Shown here: positions 44,131 through 56,611 of the stretch, piece by piece
Numbering within the stretch: the stretch's first letter is position 1
Layout: every line of letters begins with the position of its first letter
Origin: Chrysomallon squamiferum
Taxonomy: Eukaryota > Animalia > Mollusca
Direction of reading: 5' to 3'
Assembly: GCA_012295275.1 (NCBI GenBank)
Contig: CM022666.1
Location: 7,316,001 to 7,380,000 of the forward strand
Length of the DNA: 64,000 bases
Translations under genes and position numbers: made by a program
The notes under the pieces: generated by a model
Seen by the model: the letters and a program-made list of their open reading frames with translations, nothing else
Told to the model about the DNA's origin: nothing
Database searches by the model: none

Positions 44131-44787
44131 CGCTTAGCCTATTTTATTTGTTCTGTTTTGTTTTGTTTTGTCATTTTTCAATAAGTGCATACAAAAATTG
44201 ATTTCCCAGAATCCATATTTAAATAAATTAGTCATAATCTACAGCTATACCTGACTGAACACTTTCTTTCTCGGCCGCTGATAAATAACTTTTTTAGAAT
44301 AGGCAAAACTCACGCATTCAGAGAAAAATATTTCAACCAGAAAAACAAACGAATAACGCATGAAGCATCGACTGAAACTGTTTTTCACCGAAATCGATTG
44401 CGTTCACAGAATAACTTACGTTTTCTAAAACTTTAATTATTAAAATAGCTGCAATCTGAAGGTATTCAAACAGAACAATATAAAATCAAGTTTGCTAAAT
44501 CTGGAATTTTATTAATATATTGATAATGATCAAGGATTTTTATGCTTTTTTATATTATTATTACTTCTACTACTACGACTACTACTACTACCACTACTGT
44601 TCTACTACTACTACTACTACTACATTATTGTTTTTGTTGTTACATTATCATTATCGATATTTTTGTTATTATTATTTAATTATTGTTATTATTATTATTA
44701 CTACTACTACTATTATTATTATTATTATTATTAGAGACAGAGCGACAGACAAAGAGAGAGAGATAATATAATGCCAACATTTTTTGT

Positions 44788-44918
<131 letters not shown>

Positions 44919-45932
44919 CAGATATAGATATATAGATATATATGTATACATACACACACATATATAATAAATAATAATAACAACAATAATAATAATAATA
45001 ATCATCATCATCATCATAATAACAATAATAATGTTCTATTATAATTTTATAACAGTCAAGTATGTGACAAACTGAAAGATACCCAACATGTTTAAAAACT
45101 GATATTTTCAATAAGGCTTTCTCTTGTTGTCTTTAACCGTGACTAATATTTTGATATCTGCAACAAACATTTGAAAACAAATATACTATTACAGGTAACT
45201 TGAACAATTTGAATTGTCTTAAAGACACAACTGTCTCGGTTACCTGTAATCTTTCCTTTGCATTATGTTGGGTTTTTTTTTTTTGGAGGCGTTCAGGTGT
45301 TGTTTTTCGTTTTCTTTTTACTTCATTTCATTTTAACACTTTTTGTCTTTCCTCGTGCCGCAGTCGCATGTTCCCAAGAAATATGGATTAGTCAGGGTTA
45401 TCTAATACTCAGTACGTGTCCGCAAAAAACAGGTCTGTTGGTAAAGCGAAGACTTGAGGACTTCAACAATCATGGCGTCGATTTTCTTTTGACTTTTGTT
45501 GTTCGCATTGAATACATGTTACTCTGAACCTGCAAGTCGATTACTTTAAAAATAAAATAAAAATAATAAAAATAAAAATATATATTAATTTTCGATAACG
45601 ACTGTCGGAAGGTTTCTGTGTACATTTAGGAAGAATGTTCTGTCTGAGTGGAAAACAAATTTGCTCACTTCCTGGTAGATAGAATCATCATCATTTCTTC
45701 TGGAAACCTTCCACCCAGCAGTCACTGTCAGAGTATCAAAGACTATTTTGCATGTTTTCTGCTCGCAGATGAAAGAAGCATTGTTCATCTTTGTTCAAAA
45801 CGAGACGTTTGGCTTCTGACAGTTTTTATTTATGAAAGGTTTCTATATTATTATTATTATTATTATTTTACACTCTGTATTTTAAAACATGCTTAGAGAT
45901 GCACACAGTGTCATAAACAAATAAAAACCGAT

Positions 45933-46013
<81 letters not shown>

Positions 46014-46015
46014 AT

Positions 46016-46228
46016 TGATTATTTTGTATAATACAGATTGTAGTCCTGACAAACTCAACAAAGTAAGCTGTACTTTTACATTTATTAATAAAACCAAAAT
46101 TTCATATGAAAATATTTTATATATCGGCAATAAACATGAAAACATAATTTGTTGTCCATGCGAAGGCTTTAGAACAATTACACTTTTTCAAAGTGGAGTT
46201 CCATTGAAATGTGCGAGTTTTATTTAAA
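46016..46228 (+). repeat. Dispersed ~220-bp repeat, copy 2 (downstream of TRIM gene)
   Basis: Same sequence and orientation as 38566-38789, with small indels and substitutions. Confidence 0.9.
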
Positions 46229-46332
46229 TATTGATTCATTTTTTTATTTAAATCTTTACTGTCATTATTTATTTATTTTGTTTATTTTTTATTTTTATTT
46301 TTTATATATATAGTTCAGTAGAAAAAACGCCA

Positions 46333-46601
46333 AAAATATCTTTATCTCTTGTTCTGAATGTAAATATCTTTATCTCTTGTTCTAACTGTAAATAGTTTTA
46401 TCTCTTCATCTAACTGTAAATATTTTTATCTCTTCATCTAACTGTAAATATCTTTATCTCTTGTTCTAACTGTAAATATCTTTATCTCTTGTTCTGAATG
46501 TAAACATCTTTATCTCTTCATCTAATTGTAAATATCTTTATCTCTTGTTCTAACTGTAAATATCTTTATCTCTTGTTCTAGCTGTAAATATTTTTATCTC
46601 T
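46333..46601. repeat. 28-bp minisatellite, ~9.5 copies (AAATATCTTTATCTCTTGTTCTAACTGT), overlapping the TRIM stop codon
   Basis: TTTATCTCTT recurs every 28 nt; the terminal unit encodes RDKNIYS* on minus. Confidence 0.92.
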
Positions 46602-47516
46602 CGTTATCTCAATCTTTCCCAGACGAAACGTTAACAAACTGTGCTCGTCGGGAACGAACCTGACTTTGGCTCTGACTACGTCATCAAGTTTAGACGCATC
46701 CTCCCGCGCTTTGAAGAGATCAGAAACGACCGACTCGGCGCTGTGGAGAAACTTCACGTTCTTTTCACTCGTCTGAATCGACCTTATCTCCATGGAAACC
46801 ACACTGAGACCCAGGACGGCCGCAGACGATCTCTGTAATTTCCGTCGTTCGGTTTTGTGTTTTCTCTCCAGCTCGTCCAGCAGCTCGTGTTCTTGTTTCT
46901 GCACGGTCTGCACGAGCTGTTTGGCGCTTCGAGTGATCATTTCGCGAGCAGACGACACGTCTGCGTCCAGATTTTCAGCAGCGGTTTCGAGACTCGGCAA
47001 CAGGTCCGGGTAAAACAGGTTGATGTTTTCTTCTTCTCTTTTGATTTCCTCCAAATACGATTGCAGGTTTTTGTCGACGACGTCCACGGCATTCTGCAGG
47101 GACAGAACCTGTCTGCAGTGCGGGTGATCTTCCGAGGCACATTTTGAACAGATGACGATATCACAATCCGAGCAAAAAGCGTTTTTCACAAAATTCTTGT
47201 GAACCCTGCAGACAGAAGTCCCGTCTGAAAAAATTTCTTTCGACCTACTTTTTACTGAAAACGGATGTGACGTCTTGGAAATCCGCGGGAACGTTTTCGC
47301 CCATTCCGATTGGTTGATATTGGGTTCAGTGACTTTGGCGGTTTTGCCGCAGCTGGGGCAAGGAAATCCGTAGATTCCGTCTGTATGTGTGTGCTGATGT
47401 ACCTCATCCTGCAGACACGACGTGCAAAACACGTGACCACAGGGCAGTCGTCGAGGTTCCACGAGGTTCTGAATGCAGACGGCACAAAGAGACAAATCTT
47501 CAGGACTGGCGGCCAT
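46578..47516 (-). CDS. TRIM-family protein (RING C3HC4 - B-box - coiled coil), 312 aa, single coding exon, no C-terminal domain; putative E3 ubiquitin ligase
   Basis: CAVC..PCGHVFCTSC..FPCPSC RING; CRVH..FCSDCDIVICSKC..DHPHC B-box; helical region AKQLVQTVQKQEHELLDELERKHK. AAAATGG start context; acceptor (tttttcag) ending at 47531 just upstream. Confidence 0.92.
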   Translation of the reverse strand: MAASPEDLSLCAVCIQNLVEPRRLPCGHVFCTSCLQDEVHQHTHTDGIYGFPCPSCGKTAKVTEPNINQSEWAKTFPRISKTSHPFSVKSRSKEIFSDGTSVCRVHKNFVKNAFCSDCDIVICSKCASEDHPHCRQVLSLQNAVDVVDKNLQSYLEEIKREEENINLFYPDLLPSLETAAENLDADVSSAREMITRSAKQLVQTVQKQEHELLDELERKHKTERRKLQRSSAAVLGLSVVSMEIRSIQTSEKNVKFLHSAESVVSDLFKAREDASKLDDVVRAKVRFVPDEHSLLTFRLGKIEITRDKNIYS

Positions 47517-48199
47517 TTTGAATTCTCAGTCTGAAAAACTGCATAATAATAATAATAATAATAATAACAACAACAAAACAATAATAATATGGCATCCATG
47601 CATACATACATGCATACATATATACACACATTCATACATACATACATTCCATACTTACATGAATACATACATACATACATACATACATTAATAAATATTG
47701 TTTTCGATTTCTTTGGAATGCTCTTAATAACATTGTTAATTTAGATTTCTTTAGAACAATTCCAGAACATTTTTTGTAAAATAAATCAATCATAATACCT
47801 AAAAATAACATTAGTTTAAAAGTTGTTTTTTTTAAAATCCTTTCAATCTGACAAACGTGCTTTAGTTTACTTTTATATTCGTTTGTAAATTTATTTATTT
47901 TATTTATTTATTTATTTATTTATATATTTATTTAATTATTAAATTTAATTTATGTAGTTAGTTAGTTGATTAGTTAGTTATATTTTAAGTACTCTTTGGT
48001 GCATCTTTATCCCCCTCTCCTCCATGTCTCTATATCCACATTCATTTTGTCTTTATTTCTGTCTGTTTGTCTGTCTGTGCCTGTCGCAATATTAATAAAA
48101 GACAGACACCGCGTGTGTTTGTTACGCTCAGTTTTGTTATATAAAAAAATGTTCATCAAAACTTTTTCTCAAATTCAAAGTAAATTTTGTTATCGTAAT

Positions 48200-48443
48200 T
48201 TTTTTACTTTAACATATGAGAGAGGAAACCCGCTGCTATTGCGACACTTCTCCGTCACTAGCTTGTATCAGTAAGCATCAACATGTCTTTTATCTTCCTA
48301 CAAACAGTTCAGCACATACCAGCGACTTTCACACACCTGCTGATTCACATCAGTGAAAGCAGTCTTGTATACGCACCAAGATGAATTGAACCTGTTACCT
48401 TCTGAACGCCAGACAAAGGCTCTAATCACTGAATCACTACTGT
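48200..48443 (-). mobile_element. Degenerate tRNA-derived SINE in the putative 5' UTR intron of the TRIM gene
   Basis: Minus strand reads GTGATTCAGTGATTAGAGC (A-box-like) ... GGTTCAATTC (B box, 48392-48383), followed by a body containing GGTATGTGCT..GTAGGAAGATAAAAGA..TAGCAGCGGGTTTCCTCTCT, resembling gastropod SINE cores as I recall them. Confidence 0.6.
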
Positions 48444-48604
48444 TCTATCAAGCAGATTCCTTCATCCTGATAAACTCTAAATGAAATCAATAATTCATCA
48501 ACAGAACTGGTCAGTGTATCTATGTAATATTGTGACAACGTATCTTTGGAAACAGAGAAAACCTGAATGGTAGAGTAATTGGCAGGGCAAGATTTAGTGT
48601 AGAG

Positions 48605-48645
<41 letters not shown>

Positions 48646-49002
48646 TACATTATTGATAGGTTTTGATAATATATATATATATATATTACATTATTGATAG
48701 GTTTTGTATTTATTTTATTTATTTATTTTAATGTTTAATAAGACATGAATTAACGATACAGTGATGGCAAGGGATGTTCTCTCTCATTCAGGATAGAACA
48801 CATTCAAGCTCAAACACCCAGCTGTGGGGTTTTACGTTCGAGACTCGTCAGCGACATTTGATATTTATGCGGTCAAGATTGCACTTTGTCCTCCTGCTTT
48901 ACCAAAATTAATATTTTATTTCTTCAGTCTTAGACGTACGTAAAACATTAGAATAATCATTCCTAAATACATACAGACAAGTAAATATAAATACATATAT
49001 AC

Positions 49003-49055
<53 letters not shown>

Positions 49056-49188
49056 GACACATATATACATACATAATACATACATATATATATATATACA
49101 TATAAAAAGCATATATATATACACACACACACAGTCATACATATGCATTCACACATGCACATACAAATATATAAATATGCAAATATAT

Positions 49189-49290
<102 letters not shown>

Positions 49291-49363
49291 CCATCCATAC
49301 GTATATACATATATTGACTCACACTCATTCACATTACTAACAACCAAAAAAGCACAATCATAC

Positions 49364-49450
49364 CTGATCTGCAGCCTGTGGTGAGTAGAGTCAAGAAAAA
49401 CACATCACAACCTGTCAGCTTCAACAGGTAGACAGGCAGGTGCGCTAATT
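49364..49450 (-). other. Candidate 5' UTR exon of the TRIM gene
   Basis: CAG|GTATGA donor on minus at 49363 could pair with the acceptor ending at 47531; 5' boundary unknown. Confidence 0.35.
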
Positions 49451-49587
49451 AACTATTGATCTGCAAGGTGATAACAAGACAGGTGCGACATTGGGGTCGA
49501 TACTGTCAAAACAAATATTACCTGTACTACCTGTATTGATGTTTTATTTCTTGTTCAACTGTGATTATGTTTGTCTTCATTCGACTT

Positions 49588-50230
49588 GTGGTTAATATTT
49601 GATAGCATAATGGCTAAGAGTTGATCACGTAGTGGTAAGGACTTGATCACGTCTTGGTTAATACTTGAACACGTAATGGCTAAAACTTGGTCACGTAATC
49701 GTTAAGACGATCAGGAAATGGTTAATACTTGATCACATAATGGTTAATAGTTGATCACGTAATGGTTGACTTTCAGGTAATGGTTAAGACTTGATCGCGT
49801 AATGTTAAAGCATGATCACGTAATGGTTAAGACTTGATCACGTAATGCTCAATACTTGATCGTGTAATGGTTAACACTTGATCACGTAATGGTTAAGACT
49901 CACGTAATGGTTAAGACTTGATCACGTAATGGTTAAGACTTGATCGCGTAATGTTAAAGCATGATCACGTAATGGTTAAGACTTGATCACGTAATGCTCA
50001 ATATTTGATCGTGTAATGGTTAACACTTGATCACGTAATGGTTAAGACTCACGTAATGGTTAAGACTTGATCACGTAATGGTCAAGACTTGATCACGTAA
50101 TGGTCAATACTTGATCACGTAAAGGCTAATACTTGAACTCGTAATGATTCAAACTTGATCACGTAATGGTTAAAACTTGATCACGAATGGTTAATACTTG
50201 ATCACGAAATGGTTAAAACGTGTTCATGTA
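49588..50230. repeat. 22-bp minisatellite, ~29 copies (AATGGTTAAGACTTGATCACGT), with an internal 149-bp higher-order duplication
   Basis: Unit visible throughout; the variant tgatcgcgtaatgttaaagcatgatc occurs at 49792 and 49941. Confidence 0.95.
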
Positions 50231-50807
50231 CTGGCTGTTCTGTCATTGTTAGTGGTGAAGCATCTCTTTTGTTAGGCAGTTTTAAAATTACCAGCAATGG
50301 CGAAGATAATGTTAAGCTTTCGTTTTTTGCACAAAAGTGATTAAGCTGTTAAGCCTGATGGCAATATGGTTATCATCAGTCTTGGCAACGTAGTTGCTGG
50401 GGTTTTTGTTGTTGCTGTTGTTGTTGTTGTTATTGTTATTATTAATTCATCATTATTGATTCACTCATTTGTTAATTTACTATTATTCACTTTATTTTTA
50501 TCACAAGGAGGAACAAAGAAAACGACAAAGAAGCTGTAGAGATGGAAGTGGTCTTATAAATGAAGCCTGTGACATAATGAATGTTTATGTAACTCAGTTT
50601 TCTCATACAAACGACTGTTTCAGAGTGTAGGGTGTGTTATATAAAACATTTGTTTTTCGTGTTTTCAACCACATGATCGACAAACTCTGCTAGACACTCG
50701 GATTGATAAATAATTATTATTTTTACGTTTCTGTGTTTTATGTTAAATATATTGCTCTCTAAGTCTATTTTATTTATTACGTGCAAAATATAATCAACTG
50801 ATTTACG

Positions 50808-50927
<120 letters not shown>

Positions 50928-50979
50928 TGCTTAGAAATAGATGCAGGTATAAAAAAAGACAGAATTATATTAAAAGTTG

Positions 50980-51019
<40 letters not shown>

Positions 51020-51576
51020 TACACAGATATACAAATGCACATACATATAGCAAACACAGATTTTAAAATTTAAAAATATAGAAAAACTGTACTAAGTCTT
51101 GCATATTATCAGAACATAACCACATACATGCCTGTTTCAAAAACAAAAAAAACAAAAAAAAATGTTTAAAACCTCAGTCATCCGAAAATATCTCTTAAAC
51201 ACTGTCAAATCCATGGATTAAATAAAGTGTTTTTCTCGTATCTTTTCCCCGTTTATAAATACTCTGGTAATCTGTTTTAATGGAAACATATCTGATGTAC
51301 TTCCTGTCATGTGTGTGTTTCTGTCAAAATACCACAGATTCAGTCTTTTTCTTTTTTTTTCTTTGTAAATGTTATGTTTGTATTTGCCTATTCTGTAATT
51401 TTAAAGATCATGTGAACAAAGTGATAATAATGATTGTATTCAAATAATGACTGACTATATTCTAATAATGATTATATTCTAAAATTACAGAAAGGATAAA
51501 AGTCCAAAGATCATCTACAAATGAAATGTTTGTATGTGTGTGTTTGTATGTATATATATATATATATATATATCTA

Positions 51577-51643
<67 letters not shown>

Positions 51644-52142
51644 ACACACAGACATTTAAATATATACACATATTATTCAACAAATAAAGTGTGCCATACC
51701 CACATCTATTTTTTGGAAGCAAATAATCTTTTACACGCACTTAAGAAAAACCTGCTGTGTATTAGTTTTATTTTTTGTAAGCCTTTATTGTTAGAAAAAG
51801 TTGTTCTTCAGTGATAAAAAAAATTAATTATAATTTTAGTTTATGAAATAAATTTAGGCTACTTATGCTCTCCATTAGAGTTTAATTTTAACAAAAAAAA
51901 AAAAAAAAAAAAAACCCTGTCAAATGGGTGATTACAAAAGTTACAAAGTCTATTTGTCTGCACTGACAAACATTTTAGAAAATTGATTTTAAAAATGCTT
52001 GGTATGTACTGCCAGTGTAGATATTTAAAACCATTAATTTTGAAAATGTCTGAAATGTGCTCTTCTGATTATAACTAAGACTGCATCACAAAACAACAAT
52101 AAAAACATGAAAATAACATTTGTCAACGAACCATAATAAATA

Positions 52143-52148
52143 TTTATT
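52143..52148 (-). terminator. Candidate polyadenylation signal AATAAA of the selenoprotein mRNA
   Basis: AATAAA on minus a few nt 3' of the SECIS basal stem; the hexamer is common in AT-rich DNA, so support is positional only. Confidence 0.4.
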
Positions 52149-52152
52149 TCTG

Positions 52153-52246
52153 TATTCACAAATATCAGCAATACTAACATCAAGCTTGTGAGGGTTTAAT
52201 AAACTTTACTCACAACAATCATACAATATCATGATATTTGTGAATA
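52153..52246 (-). promoter_or_regulatory. SECIS element (type II) in the 3' UTR of the DsbA/FrnE selenoprotein gene
   Basis: Minus strand: TATTCACAAATATCA-TGATATTG-T-ATGAT-TGTTGTGAGT-AAA-GTTT-ATT-AAAC-CCTCACAAGCT-TGAT-GT-TAGTATTG-C-TGATATTTGTGAATA. AUGA (52222-52219)/UGAU (52182-52179) core, helix II TTGTGAG:CTCACAA, unpaired AAA (52207-52205), apical ministem GTTT/AAAC, 15-bp perfect basal stem. About 1.3 kb after the stop codon. Confidence 0.85.
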
Positions 52247-52449
52247 TAAAATGTGTATGTATATATATATGTGTATATATATATATAAAATAAATAAACT
52301 ATTAAAAGAAAAAAAAAAAAATGACAACATGATTGAATTCTTAAGGACTTACATCCTTTTGATTCTGCAGTAATATTTTGCAGTTGCAGATAATTAAAAA
52401 ATTTTTCTTTGATGACATGGTTATGTGAAGATTCTTCTTCTTATTATTA

Positions 52450-52501
<52 letters not shown>

Positions 52502-53552
52502 CGTTGCTGCTATTATACTATTATAATTACCATCTTTGTTAATGCTGTTATTGTTCTTGTTGCTATTATTACTATTACTGTTGTTGCAGCTGTTGTTGTG
52601 AATGCTGCTATTATTACCATTAATGTTGTAACTGTTATTATTATTATTAATATTGTTATTACTGTTATTCTTATTGTTGTCGTTATTATTATTATTATTA
52701 TTACAATTATTTACATTTAAAGATGTTTAAATACATTACAAGGTGTAAATATTACAAGTCTCATTGCTGAGTTTGAAATACAAAATAAAGTTAGAGCATT
52801 TTAATTCTAGCAACAGATGCACATTCTGTAATAAATATATATATATATATATATACCTATATACACACACATATATACATACACTTTCATTCAGAAATTT
52901 AAAAACTGCTAATAAACAATTCAGCACTAATAAAGTTCAAGAAAAGATAAAAGAATGATCCTACATTTAAAAATCACAAAACAATTTTAAAAATTAAAAA
53001 TATGCCATTAAATGTGTATTTCAGTGTGAGAATGTATTTCCTTGCATGTCCATCTATACATATATGATGTATGTGTGATTTTTGTTTTGAGTTATGTATG
53101 TGTTTTTGTGTATCTGTGTACATATGGGAGTGTGTGTTTCTGTGTATGTCGGTTGTGTGGTGTATGTTTACATGTGTTTGTCTGTATTTGTGTGTGTACC
53201 GGTGTGTGTGTAATTATGTGCATATGTGATTATTTTTGTGTACATGTGTGCTTGGATGTATACATGTATGTTTGTGTGTACATGTGTCCGTTTGCGTGTG
53301 TACATGTGTTTGTGTGTACCTGTATGTATGTGTGTAATTATGTATATACATGTATTTTTGTGTCTACTAATATTTTTGCATGTGTTTATTCAGCTGTTAT
53401 TATCCAAGAACGTATTTTCACAACATGCTTGATTTGGATTCCCATTTTATACGTGACTTTTTATATCATGTTTGATGTCCGTGTGTCTGTGTTTCTGTCT
53501 GTGCTACAACAGTGCACATCTACTCTGATTTAAATCAGTCAGAATTCTGCTG

Positions 53553-56139
53553 TCACGTTTTACTTGACGGCTGCACTGGGTACTTCTCTGCCACCATCAG
53601 CAATGTCTTCTTAAACGTCTGTACATCCTGGGCTCCGGAGAACATTCTCTGTCCATTCATGTAGAAGAATGGAACACCTGAATTAATAAAACAATCAAAA
53701 ACATCAAGAAAACAAACAATCAAAAATACAGACATGTATGTATACACAATATTCATATAAACGTACATATGTGCATACATAAATATACTCAAATATACAC
53801 ACATACATACATACATACACAAATACACACATCTAATATTTATAAACACACATGCATACATTATTAGGATGATATTTTATAAACTAGTTAAATAAAAAAA
53901 GAAAATCACTATTATTTTACAATTTAATTTTTTTATTTTTCTGTTACGCTTTATTTACAAGTGTGTGTTTGTGCTTTATGTTTGTAGTGCTTTGTAAATA
54001 TCTCTTTAAGCATGTTTGTGTATCAGTGTATACACTTCTGTGTCTATATGTGTGTATTTGTGTGTGTGTGTACATATCATTTTGTCATTATGTGTTCCTC
54101 ATGTGAACATTTGCTTATACGTTGATATATTAACTTTATTCTGCACACACACAAACACACACACAAATACAGATACATACAAACACATGCACACACACAC
54201 ACACACATGCACACAAAATACAGATACATACACACATGCATGCACGCATGCACACACATACACACACAAATACAGATACATACACACACACACACACATA
54301 CAGACACTTTAGAAATTCCAGCACAGTATCTCCTACCAGTCAATCAACATCTTCCTTTTTCTCTTTTATTCTTTATACACCCACCTCATATTACTACCAT
54401 AAATACTGTTGTTATTAAAACACAATTACCACGAACTCCTTTGTCCATCCAGCTGTTTGCTTTGCTGATGACAGACTCCAGATTAGACTTGTTGTTAATG
54501 TAACCTTTCACATCATCCACATCATAGCCAACATCCTTAGCAACAGCTAACACAACATCAGAGGTTAGAAGCTGCCCCTCTGTGAAATACAGCTTAAAGA
54601 AGAAAAAAAATGTTAAACAAGCTTTAATGTAAAGAACTGTGATTTCAGATACGTAAATAAAATATAGAAAGAAAAAATTTTTAAAAATGTTAAACAAGCT
54701 TTAATGTAAAGAACTGTGATTTCAGATAAGTAAATAAAAATAAAAAAGAAAAAAACAAGAACAGAGCAAATTTTTATGGTAATTTTGCAATTACTGCATT
54801 TTTAAATTTGAAATTCAAAATATATAAAATAAATAAATAAACAAATACATAAATATAAAATATATAAATAAATAAATAAAGATAAATAAATGAATGTAAG
54901 TAAAAACATATATTTCAGGATACAGCAGCATTCACATAAATTTTAATTCATGATAGTAAATAAACTAAACAAATATTTAACATTAATTTCAACTTTGATT
55001 AATAAGCTACTGTTCATTAAACAAACAAACAAACAAGAAAACAAAACAAAACAAAACAAACAAACAAACAAACAAACAAACAAATGAATAAATGAAACAG
55101 GTTAATAATTACATCAGCAGAATCTGTAAATCAGTAAATAAATGAAATGATATAAAATAAAAATACACTTTCACAGAAGTTATAAAAGAAAAAACAGTTA
55201 CTGATGATGTATTTCTGTAAGTTATTTTTAAATTATAGAATACTGATATTTCTGAGATGTATTCTTAGACAATACTAATCACACTTTTTACACAGCTCAT
55301 TTAACTGGGGATTCACAATATTTGGGGTTATTAAATTATTCATATTTCTTATGTCATAAATTTCATTTTTATAACATTTTAATCTCCACTGCTCTTGTGG
55401 GTCTGTAAAGACTCAAGTAGATGAAATTCTGTTCTTTAATTTGAGGTTAAGAAAACTATTTCAAAATGATCTTTAGTATTATAAATTCGTTATTTAGGTG
55501 TTTTTATTTTTTTTTTTAATTATTTATTATTATTATTATCATTATTATTGCTTTTTCATTTTTTTTCAGTTCTTACACAAAATATATTTGTCAAAATCTC
55601 AAAATTTAATAATGACCAGATATATTCACACATAACCACACACACACACACACGCACACACACACACACACACTGACACACACACACACACACACACAAA
55701 CACACACATATGACATATTGATCAAAAATGGGTACAGCAACTTAATCCCTAATTTGACATGAAAAGTTATAAATAATTTTAAAAGTTACATGAAACAGTT
55801 TCTCAGCTATTTTGTTCTGTTTGTCCCAGTCTTTCTTCTCTTTAGAATATTCTAGAAGAGCATGTGACTGCACAGTGTTTGAAAACAGTTTACTTCTGTA
55901 TGTGAAGTCAATGCCAAGTTCAGCACCAGTGTTTCTTAACTGCTGTGCACTGAAATAAAACAAAATTATAAATATATAATATTTTTACAGAGAAATACTT
56001 TTGTTATTATCAGTTTTGTTTCCTTTAAATCACTGAAATTTTCTATTGTGAGAAACATTTTTTTTTTTAAATAGTGTATTCATGTATGTATCTGTGAGAC
56101 TTAAAACAGAATCTATTATTTATTTCCTAATTTTTTATT

Positions 56140-56190
<51 letters not shown>

Positions 56191-56611
56191 TTCTGTTGAT
56201 GTTATTTGCGGTTATGTTTGTGTTTTTTCTATTTATAAACCTTACACAGTTATATATAAAATATATATATATATACGAAGTATATCATCGTCATTCGTGA
56301 ATTTTGAGTGGGTCAAATGATCAGGAACCTCTACTCTTATCCACTCCTTGCGGATAATTATAAATACCATGTAGGTGAGTATACTAAAATTAAATTTACC
56401 TAGGACTGTTTGGATCCTGAAATCTTGCTGGTTTAGGGACGCCCTCAATAGGTGTGTCTGGGCGGAGAAGAAATGGTTCCCATCGGACGATGAATTCGAA
56501 CTTGTCAGAAAGTTCGGATATCGCCGACTCCAACTTTTTCTTCCCCACCCAACACCAGGGTCAAATAATATCGCTGATGACATCAACTTGAACCACTGGC
56601 TTCGTAGCCAT
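53553..56611 (-). CDS. DsbA/FrnE-family thioredoxin-fold oxidoreductase, selenoprotein (Sec17, UxxC), 219 aa; exons 56611-56400, 55949-55790, 54592-54430, 53677-53553
   Basis: Spliced translation MATKPVVQVDVISDII-U-PWCWVGKKKLESAI..VRWEPFLLRP..NTVQSHALLEY..LFHLYFTEG..GVRGVPFFYMNG..SGAQ matches FrnE motifs (SDxxCPWCxxG, WxPFxL, NTxxAH, YFTEG, GVP, SGAQ). TGA at 56563-56561 occupies the first Cys position; GT-AG introns with phases 2/0/1; 660 nt in frame; SECIS downstream. Confidence 0.92.
54607..54745. repeat. Tandem duplication (period 77) in DsbA/FrnE intron 2 next to the acceptor
   Basis: aaaatgttaaacaagctttaatgtaaagaactgtgatttcagata present at 54607 and 54684. Confidence 0.85.

Noticed and set aside
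46641-47534. Several short ORFs overlapping the TRIM gene
   Set aside because: Antisense or out-of-frame shadows without motifs.
48380-48443. tRNA gene
   Set aside because: A/B-box-like motifs are present but there is no complete cloverleaf; it continues into a SINE-like body.
49588-50230. CRISPR-like appearance of the 22-bp array (also the 28- and 30-bp arrays)
   Set aside because: Head-to-tail repeats with no unique spacers, no cas genes, eukaryotic context.
53430-53480. Alternative SECIS candidate close to the stop (ATGAT..AAAA..GGAA on minus)
   Set aside because: No helix II pairing; 52153-52246 fits far better.
56561-56563. Reading the TGA as a pseudogenising nonsense mutation
   Set aside because: It falls exactly on the catalytic Cys position, the rest of the gene is intact, and a canonical SECIS is present.
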